In this document: positions 55,211 through 64,000 of the stretch, piece by piece
Layout of the letters: each line of letters opens with the position of its first letter
Numbering within the stretch: the first letter of the stretch is position 1
Assembly (NCBI GenBank): GCA_002269645.1
Contig: NIVC01000222.1
Location: 186,001 to 250,000 of the forward strand
DNA: 64,000 nucleotides
DNA from: Macrostomum lignano
Lineage: Eukaryota
Direction: 5' to 3'
Notes under the pieces: generated by a model
Seen by the model: the letters and a program-made list of their open reading frames with translations, nothing else
Databases searched by the model: none
What the model was told of the DNA's origin: nothing
Program-made: the position numbers and the translations under genes

Positions 55211-58200
55211 ATGGAAAATGTGTGTGCATCCTGCAGAAAGGCTGTGTATTCTATGGAGCTTTTAAAGTGTATGGATCAGGTAATTATATGCAATTGCAAA
55301 TTCCTTAACTTAGTTCTTTGTAGTCTGTTTCAATAGAGTCCATAGTTAATAGTTTTGATACAAGGTACTGGCTCTTGCATTAGGTCTATATAATCTCCTT
55401 ATTGTCCCTTTATTTTTGTTAATTTTTGTTAGTTTTTCTTTTTCATACTTATAATACATTAGGGGGGGGCTATTTAACATAATTTCATAAGTAAGATCAA
55501 GGTAGGCCTAGGTAGGCCTATATTCTAGATTGAAAAGGCAGTGCTTATTTAGCCGGCACTGGTCAAATAAGTTCGCTACTATTTAGCTAGCACTGGTCAA
55601 ATAAACCTATTACTATTTAGCTGGCAGTCCTACCTATTACTGGTCAAATTAATAAGATTTTTTTCTTTATAAATTAATCTTTATAAATCTGGTTGCACCA
55701 CTAACAGGCACTTTTGATACTAAATTAAAAAACCAGAATGTAAAAAACAATTTTATTATAATTTGATACATTTTTAGAAAGTCCTATTCCACTGTATAGT
55801 TAGCCTTATCAATGTACATTTTTATCTTTGTTGTTGGCTAGCTCCACCATCTCACCTTCACTGCCACTTTCCCTATTTCTATTCTAATTTGAAGTTTGAA
55901 CTGATTTGCAATCTGTATCTGTCTAGACTTTGTAAAAAGCCACTCTTAGTTCATGTCTCATTACTCATTTGTCATTAAAATTGACAATTGAAAGAAGTTA
56001 TTCCCCATTTTCAGTAGACAAAACTTTTATGGGCCAAAAAATTAAGTTACCATAAAGGTATTGGCCATATTATAATAATACAGACAAAGGAAGCTTGCAG
56101 GCGACATAAAAAGTCTTTGAGGGCCAGATCTAGCCTGTGGGCCAGAGGTTGCAGACCTTTACTTTAGTGTAATATTTGTGAGATTATTAGAGACTTTTTT
56201 TAAAAATTGAAAAAAACTTATCAAGTCATATATATAATCCATCATCATAATTATATTAATAATAGTTTATAGTTATTAGAAAGTACTATTTATAGTGGCC
56301 TATGCTAGGATAGTCAAGTATACACAAAAATATTTTGGTATTGGCTTATATTATGACTAACTATTTGCTATATAAGAAGTTTGGATTTAATATTTTTAAA
56401 AGTTAGAGATGATTATTGGAAAACAACTAGCTATGGCTATGACTATTATAGTTAGCAGAATATAGATAGGCTACAAGAAAAAATAGTTAAATAGCTAGGG
56501 TCTATGGAATTTATATATATATTTATTTATATTTATATTTATATTTATTTATATCTACAAGGGTTGTCCTAGAAATAGTGGGAAAAACTGGTACAGAGGC
56601 TGATTGTGATTTCGAATTTCATGCAACTTGTATCATAAGTAGAAAAAAATCCAATGGTTGTTTTGCTTTTTAAATGGGGTAAAAATGCCAATTCATTAAA
56701 AAGTTATGCCTATAATTAGAACCAAGGGGTAGGGGGGTAGAGTTACACCAAGTTGAGGGGTCTGCAAAGTTGGTCACGCAGCATTGCCATCACCCTTGAC
56801 TGATGACTTTTCAACAAAGTCACCCCTCAGTCTGTAGCCTGCAGCTGTTCTGCTTCTGCTTCAGATTAGCTCCTGCTCTTTTTTGAGGGCTTGTGTGCTC
56901 TTTTGTTTCTCTTCAGATTCTTTGTTTGCTTCTGTTTTCAAATTGATAGTTCTGACTAAGCATCAAAAGTTTAGTATATGGCCAGCATAGTAGGCTCAAC
57001 TATGCCTATTGACTAAATTGTACCAAATCTTTTTATATTGCTGGTATAGGCATAAAGAAAAAAAGAAAAATTATTTAAATATAATTTATTTATGTACAAT
57101 TGGTTTATTTATAAGTATGCAAACAATTATTAGCAATATAAAATATTAGGCATTTAAAAGTTTTCATTTAAATTCTTCAATTTAATTTATCTAAGATATA
57201 AGTAAAATCCATTAATCTAAAGAATTACTTATGTAATTAGTTAGTTAAGATATATTGTCATTAGGAGAAACAATTTATATCTAAAAGTGTAAACAATCAA
57301 AACTTTTATATAAATGAGAGATATGAAATAATATATAATTTAACTTGATTCTCCTAAATCTTGAAAATCAATATTTCAATTATGACATGAAATTTGTTTA
57401 CTACTACTTATCATCTGTATTTAACTACTATATGCATTTCAAAACCTTACTAGAAAAAAGGATTGAATATTGTACTTTTATTATTTTTATTTTGTATGTT
57501 TTAGGCATGGCACAGAACCTGCTTCAAATGCCAGACATGTGGCACCACACTCAACATCAATAATTACAAGGCCTATGGCAAAAGGCCATACTGCAAAGTG
57601 TATGCATGTTTTATCTATAATTTCGTTTCATTTTTATGTTAACTCTCAATTTCATTCTTATATTAGTGGATTTCTTTTTTATTTTAGGCATTACCCAGAG
57701 TCAAAGGCATATACCTTTGTCACTGACAACCAGGAAATTCGGAGAGTGAAGCAGAATACTGCTGTTATTAGCTCTGTGAGTGGGACCTGGTGTTAATTTT
57801 TATCTATTTTTGAGCATAATACCATGCCGATACTTAAGGACTAGCCACAGATACTAAATATTTAGGCTATTTAGGCCACAGGTATTTAGTATCTGTGGGA
57901 CTAGCTGACTTATCCAAATCCTTAGTTGCTAGGCCATCGCTACCCTCTCAGATCCTTAGGCGCTGGAAGCCCCCCTCCAGATCTTCAGTTGCTGGGCCAG
58001 CCTCCCAGATTGTCAGTTGCTGGGCCAGCCTCCCAGATTGTCAGTTGCTGGGCCAGCCTCCCAGATTGTCAGTTGCTGGGCCAGCCTCCCAGATTGTCAG
58101 TTGCTGGGCCAGCCTCCCAGATTGTCAGTTGCTGGGCCAGCCTCCCAGATTGTCAGTTGCTGGGCCAGCCTCCCAGATCCTCAGTTACTGGGCCAGCCTC

Positions 58201-61200
58201 CCAGATCCTCAGTTACTGGGCCAGCCTCCCAGATCCTCAGTTACTGGGCCAGCCTCCCAGATCCTCAGTTACTGGGCCAGCCTCCCAGATCCTCAGTTGC
58301 TGGGCCAGCCTCCCAGATCCTCAGTTACTGGGCCAGCCTCCCAGATCCTCAGTTACTGGGCCAGCCTCCCAGATCCTCAGTTACTGGGCCAGCCTCCCAG
58401 ATCCTCAGTTACTGGGCCAGCCTCCCAGATCCTCAGTTACTGGACCAGCCTCCCAGACCCCCAGTTGCTGGGCCAGCCTCCCAGATCCTCAGTTGCTGGG
58501 CCAGCCTCCCAGATCCTCAGTTACTGGACCAGCCTCCCAGATCCTCAGTTACTGGACCAGCCTCCTGAAATCCTATATTTAAGACGCTACTTAGAACTTA
58601 AGAGCCTAGTGTGACTTATGGATAGTTCACTTCATTGGGGGTGCTAAAATATTTTAGTTATCAAAAATTGTCTGCTCATACTCAGACAGTGAGCAGAAAT
58701 GTTTGTTATTGAGTCACGCTTAAACTTAACAGTAACCTGGAGACGCTGTCAAGACAACTCAGAAAAAATGAGAAAAAACGTCTTGAAAACCTACTTCAAC
58801 TATAGAATGTCAGTTGCACAACATAGTGTAGTTCAGTTTAACGCTTGACGTCTTCAAAAAAATTGATTAACGCTCTAGTTAGTAACTGACTGCGTAATTA
58901 AAAACTTGACTAAAGGTCCGTCAGCCATGTTTCTTTCTTATCAGTTTCTCTTCTCTGGAAAGAGACGCCTTGCTAGAGAGAAGAAGCAGAAACGAAAAGA
59001 AGAAATGGCATTTTTTCAGATTTTTGCTCAAAGAAATTTAATTTTAAAAACTGATGGCCGAATTTGGAGGGGGGCATTACAAACCCTAAATATCACATTC
59101 TCGAAAATCCAAAATGCAGGAAGCTTGTAAGTGTTTTCGAGAATGTGATATTTCGGGTGTGACTTAGGTTGGGGTTACAGTTAAGGTTTAGGTTAGGTTT
59201 AATGTTAGATTGAGGTTTAGGGTCTAAGGGCTATTTTCGTTGTCGATTTATGGCACTCGAATGTCACTGAGAGTCAAATTACAGCTTAATAATTATCAAC
59301 AGATTTTCTTTTGTTGACTCAAATTATTAATTATTTTCATTGTCAGGCATCCTACACGAAGCGAAGGGCATCTGCAATTTCTAATGATAACTCAAACACT
59401 GTTGGTAAGTATACTGATAGATTAAATGTGCACTATATGCTACTCAATAAGTTGTAAGAATAGAATCCCTAACCTTTTAAAGTTAAACAAAAGAATAGCA
59501 GGTTAAAAATTCATATCCGTGTCTGTCTACTTTGAGTAGCGGGTACATAGTATAGGCTAACTTTTAGTTACCAGGGTTGTCCACAAGTTCTAACACTTTA
59601 AATTCGGCAGCAAAAAAAGCGAAAATAGTTGCAAACACAACTTTGATGTCATTTCAAAATTTAAAGCGGCACATTTATTCTTTCTAAAAAAATTCAATAT
59701 AATATATTTGGTAATTTCATTAAAAAGTTGAGCTTAATAGGAAGAGTGATGGTCTGATGGTTTGTTGTTAGAGTGAAAAATGTGCCGCTTTTAATTAACA
59801 CCAAAGCTGTGTTCGAGACACGGTTTTTTAAAGCATTGCCTATCATTTCCTCTGCCATTATCCCAGTGGTAAACCGACGTTTTTCTGAGATCCCAGCCTC
59901 GCAGTCCGCTGACGCGCGGAGGTCTCGCCAAGAACTGCAGCACCAGTCATCTTATCAGCCAGGCTCAATAAACGATTTCGATCCCGAGGAGCACAATACT
60001 TTGTCCAGGGGACTGGATCCGAATGCTGGCCGTCGTGGTTCTACTGTTTTTATTAGCCCCGGTAGGGTTGATCTTTATTCATTACAAGCTGTTGAAACCC
60101 GCGGATTTTGAATCCGGGAACTCCATTCCCCGGAATTATTTTTGCATGTATTCTAAAATCTGAGGTAAAACTCAAACAAAAACTTGTTCCCTTGTTAATA
60201 GTTAGGATAGAGTTAGGATCATGTAAAATTAGGATTTGAGGCAAACATTGATATTGTTGGCTGGGGTGCTGCGCAGAATGTCAGGCAAACTCTGGCCTCT
60301 ACGTACCTCTGCCTCTCCCTATGTCCTTTGCATCCTTTGAAACTTCCATCTTCTTTTCTGTTTCCTATCTTCTCTCTCGTCTCTTCTCTCTCTCCCCTCT
60401 TATCTTTTCTTTCTTCTCTCCTCTCTCGTCTCTTCTCTCGTCTCTTCCCTCTCCCCTCTATTCTTTTCTCTCTCTTCTCCTCTCTTCGCTCTGGTCTCTG
60501 GTCTCTCATATCTCCTTTCTACTGTTTTATCTTTTCTCATTTCTCTCTGCTCTCTACTCTGTCTTCACTCTGCTCTCTGCTCTCTCTTCCCTCACCTCTC
60601 TTCTCACTCCTTACTCTACCCTCTCTCAGCACTTTCCTTATCTCTACTCTCTCCTTTTTCCTCTCTTCTCTCAACTCTTTCCTCTCCTCTGTCCACTCTC
60701 TCCTCTCATCTCTCTGCTCTCTCCTATCCTATCTCTCTTCTCTCTCTTCTCTCCCTCTCTTTCTCTCTCCTCCCTCGTCCTTTTCATCAATTTCCCCTGT
60801 CCTCTCGATTCTCTCCCTTCCCCTCCTCTCTCCTCACTCACTTCTCATCTCTCCCTTGTCTACACCTCTCATCCCTTATTTCTTATCTCTCCTCTTCTCT
60901 CTACTCTCCCATCTCTCGTCTGTTCACTCTCGTTTCTGCTCTCTCATCTCCCTCTCTTATCAGTCATCTTTACTCTCATATGTTCTCTCACCTCTCTCCT
61001 CTTGTACTCCTCTCTTTCCCCTTTTTGACTCAGGAGGACTCGATCCTTTCTTCTTTCTTCTCGTCTCTTCTCTTCTCTCTTCTGTCATCTCTACTCTCCT
61101 CTCTACTGTGTACTCTTCTCTTTCCCCTCTTCTGACTCCTCTCTTTCCTTACTCCTCTATTCTCTTCCCCTTCTATACTCTCTCCCCTCTATTCTCTTTT

Positions 61201-63929
61201 CTCGTCTCTCCGCACTCTGCTCTCTCTTCCTTCATCTCTCATCTCTACTCTACTCTCTCATATTTCCTTTCATCTCACTTATCTCTACAATCTCATCTCT
61301 TTCCTCTCTCCTCCTCTTCCCTTTACTCTATCATCTCTCCTTTGTCCTCTCTTCTTTCTCAACTCTCTCTCTCATCTCTATCTTCTCTCTTCTCACTCAT
61401 CTCTCCCCTCTTATCTCCTCCCCTCTATCCTTTCGAATCCCCCTCTCGATACTCTCATCCCCTCTTTGTTCTCTCATCTCACTCTTCTCTACTCTCCTCT
61501 CTCATCGATCCTCTGTCTTATCTCTCCCCTCTTCTCTCTCCATCTTCTCACCTCTACTATTTCCTCTCCCTTCTCTCTCCCCTCCTCTCGCTTCTTCGTC
61601 CCATATTCTCTGCTCTCTCCTCAACCTCCTCGTACGTCTCTCCTGTTATCTTCTATCTTTTCTTTTATCCCCTCTCGCCCCTCCTCCCTTTCAAATAGTC
61701 TATTCCTTTTCTTTTTCACTCTCATCTGGCCCGTAGCCATGAGTTGGATTCTTTATCTGGCCTTTGAGATAAAAATCTGCCGATCCCTGCTTCGAAAGCC
61801 AGTTTGTGGGACGTAGTACTATCGTGGTTGTTATCATTTCTCATGCTTTAATCACGTCATCTTTCTGGCCAATTAGCAGCCCTGAGAGAAATTTGTATAT
61901 CTCCAGCTCCACCACCACAGTCTGCAGCAATCTAACAAAAAACAACCATGGAAATACGCATTTCTTAGGAGGCCATTTAAATTTTAAAGTACCTTATGCG
62001 AATCTTAATGTTAAAATTTTCATGGTGTAAGTGTAACTAATTTAGTAGGATTGTATTGTAATCAGTTATTCATTAATTTTTCGATATTTTTTACAAACCC
62101 CTTGATTTGCCATCCTTGTTTAACTGCTGCAGACTTGTCTATTCAGAGGACAGTGGTTTGAAATTGAATCTCTCGCTAAACTCTCTCCTCTCCACGCCTC
62201 TCCACTCGCGGGGGTACAGAGAAGGCTATTAAAAAGTTATTCCAAAAGACTGTACATTCGCTATGTACATTGAGCCCTATCGTCTGACCCTTCGTCTGGG
62301 GGAATGAGTTGGATGAGCGGCAAACAACAGAAAAAGCAGACAGATTTCACATGCCTACAGTTTCTGTTCTGATTGAGATACAGAGTTGAGACTTTACAAT
62401 TAGACAGAGAATGAGTCAATAAAGTATTGTGTCAAATTTGAAGTCAATTGCTTCACGTGGAGCAAACTTATGGCAGCCAAAAGTTAGTCAATTTTGAAAC
62501 CCTTTTACACATCTGGGCCCAGATCAGGATCGGGAAAGAGAGGCAGGCGGGCGGAGGTTGGGGTGGTTGCTACGCTGAAAAAACAGCCTAACTTTAAAAG
62601 TGCACAGCGTCGTTCAGGATTAACTTTAAGACTGGAAATTTTACATGATTGTGTCAAAATAGTTAAAGATTATCTGTGTCAAATTTGAAGAGAATCGGTA
62701 GAAGTGGAGCGGCGCTATGGAGGCTTTAGTAAAAAAAATCGCGCATTTTGAGCAGTTTTTTGCACTTTTAGGTAGGAAGACTCAAGTTTAGGAAATTTAA
62801 AGGTAGCCTAAGACATTCTCCGTAGTGAGTTTAGGGTGGATGTAAAATTTGGTGTCATTTGGTTGAGCGGTTTGGGAGTCCATAGCGATCAAAATTGTCC
62901 ACACACACACACACACAGAGTTTTGATTTTTATAGGTAGAGAAGATAATTGTTTTGCTTTAGCAGTATCCTGCAAAACTGTTATTTACTATTTCGCAGCA
63001 TCTTCGTCGAGACCTGCATCGGAAATTGACTCTGTTGTGGAAGTTTCGCCGAGCGAGCCTGAAGCGAATAATGTAAAGGCTGAAGAGGTACCGCTGCCTC
63101 AGCCAGCGGTGCCTGAACTGAAACCTGACAAGGTACCTGAAGCTAAGCCTGAAGAGGTACCTGAAACAAAGTCTGACGCGGTACCTGAAGCTAAGCCTGA
63201 AGAGGTACATGAAACGAAGTCTGACGCGGTACCTGAAGCTAAGTCTGAAGAGGTAACTGAAGCGAAGCCTGACGAGGTACCTGAAGCAAAGTCTAAAGTG
63301 TTACCTGAAGCGAAGTCTGAAGTGGTACCTGAAGCGAAGTCTGAAGTGGTACCTGAAGCGAAGCTAGAAGAGGTACTTGAAGCGAAGCTTGAAGAGGTAC
63401 CTGAAGCGAAGCCTGCAGCGTCACCTGAAGCAAAGCCTGAAGAGATACCTGAAGCTAAGCCTGAAGAGATACCTGAAGCTAAGCCTGAAGAGATACCTGA
63501 AGCTAAGCCTGAAGAGATACCTGAAGCTAAGCCTGAAGAGGTACCTGAAGCTAAGCCTGAAGAGGTACCGCCGTCTCAGCCAGTGGTGTCTGAAGCTAAC
63601 CGTTCAACCATGCCAGCCGTTGCTGCCAAGCCTTCAGCAAAGAAAACCCGTGGCGTGAGTAATCCAGAATTTTTTCCCGCTCTCTCTAATGAAATTGCAT
63701 ATCAAACAACATAATTAAACAAGCAACTACCAAATTTCAGCGCTGCTTCCGTGCTCAATTTGCCTATAAAGCGCAAGATTCCGACGAAGTCTCTTTCGAT
63801 GTTGGTGACGTCATCACTAACGGAGATCCAGTGGATTCGGGCTGGATGTACGGCATAGTAGAACGGACCAAGCAGTACGGTTTGCTGCCTTCAAACTACG
63901 TTATTGAGGAAGCTTCTCAAGCGTTTTGA
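55211..63929 (+). CDS. LASP: LIM and SH3 domain protein (LASP/nebulin family) with a PEVK-like repeat linker, about 449 aa
   Basis: Exons 55211-55279 (MENVCASCRKAVYSMELLKCMDQ), 57505-57599 (AWHRTCFKCQTC..PYCK), 57688-57775 (HYP..VTDNQEIRRVKQN), 59347-59404, 59867(or 59897)-60061 (PGSINDFDP), 62999-63654 (repeats), 63741-63929 (SH3: FAYKAQDSDEVSF..GWMYG..GLLPSNYV*). All phases compatible. Confidence 0.9.
57975..58565. repeat. 28-bp minisatellite (ctgggccagcctcccagatcctcagtta), about 21 copies
   Basis: In LASP intron 3; period seen at 58021 and 58049. Confidence 0.96.
60320..61725. repeat. 1.4-kb aperiodic CT-rich polypyrimidine tract
   Basis: Almost entirely C/T on the + strand without a fixed unit; in LASP intron 5. 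Confidence 0.92.
63112..63567 (+). repeat. Coding 24-bp tandem repeat, 19 copies of PEAKPEE(V/I)-like octapeptide
   Basis: Within LASP exon 62999-63654; cctgaagctaagcctgaagagata and variants. Confidence 0.93.
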
Positions 63930-64000
63930 CATTTTTCGCCTTGATTACTCAAAAGGTTACTTTGATTAAGCTCGTATTTGCAACTTATCCGTGCTATTTT

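Noticed and set aside
57895-58614. Three 180-240-aa ORFs
   Set aside because: Translations of a 28-bp minisatellite in LASP intron 3.
60219-61816. Leu/Ser-rich 235- and 456-aa ORFs resembling membrane proteins
   Set aside because: C/T-only sequence cannot form stop codons, so the ORFs are compositional artefacts.

Overview
Eukaryotic (invertebrate animal) genomic DNA: GT-AG introns, AT-rich repeat-filled introns and GC-richer exons. The style resembles a free-living flatworm such as Macrostomum, but that is inference only. Manual exon assembly supports seven protein-coding genes: a 12-exon coiled-coil protein with five (W/F)G(R/K)PG(A/H)GAP repeats (CSPP1-like, +), a short 3-exon MEF2 (+), a complete 6-exon mitochondrial ALDH2-type dehydrogenase (+), two intronless head-to-head RING-H2/coiled-coil (TRAIP-like) E3 ligases, an intronless secreted C-type lectin (+), and a 7-exon LIM-nebulin-SH3 (LASP-like) gene with a PEVK-like insertion (+). 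There are also two decayed DEG/ENaC channel copies. The rest is mobile and repetitive DNA: RNase H-bearing and RTE-type LINE remnants, two tRNA-derived SINE families, hAT- and Mutator-like MITEs with target-site duplications, a minimal hammerhead-ribozyme-like motif in an ALDH2 intron, and more than 15 distinct mini/microsatellites. Most long ORFs in the supplied track are repeat artefacts. No CRISPR, rRNA or true tRNA genes were seen. Single-base frameshifts could be assembly errors, and family names rest on recognised motifs, not database searches.
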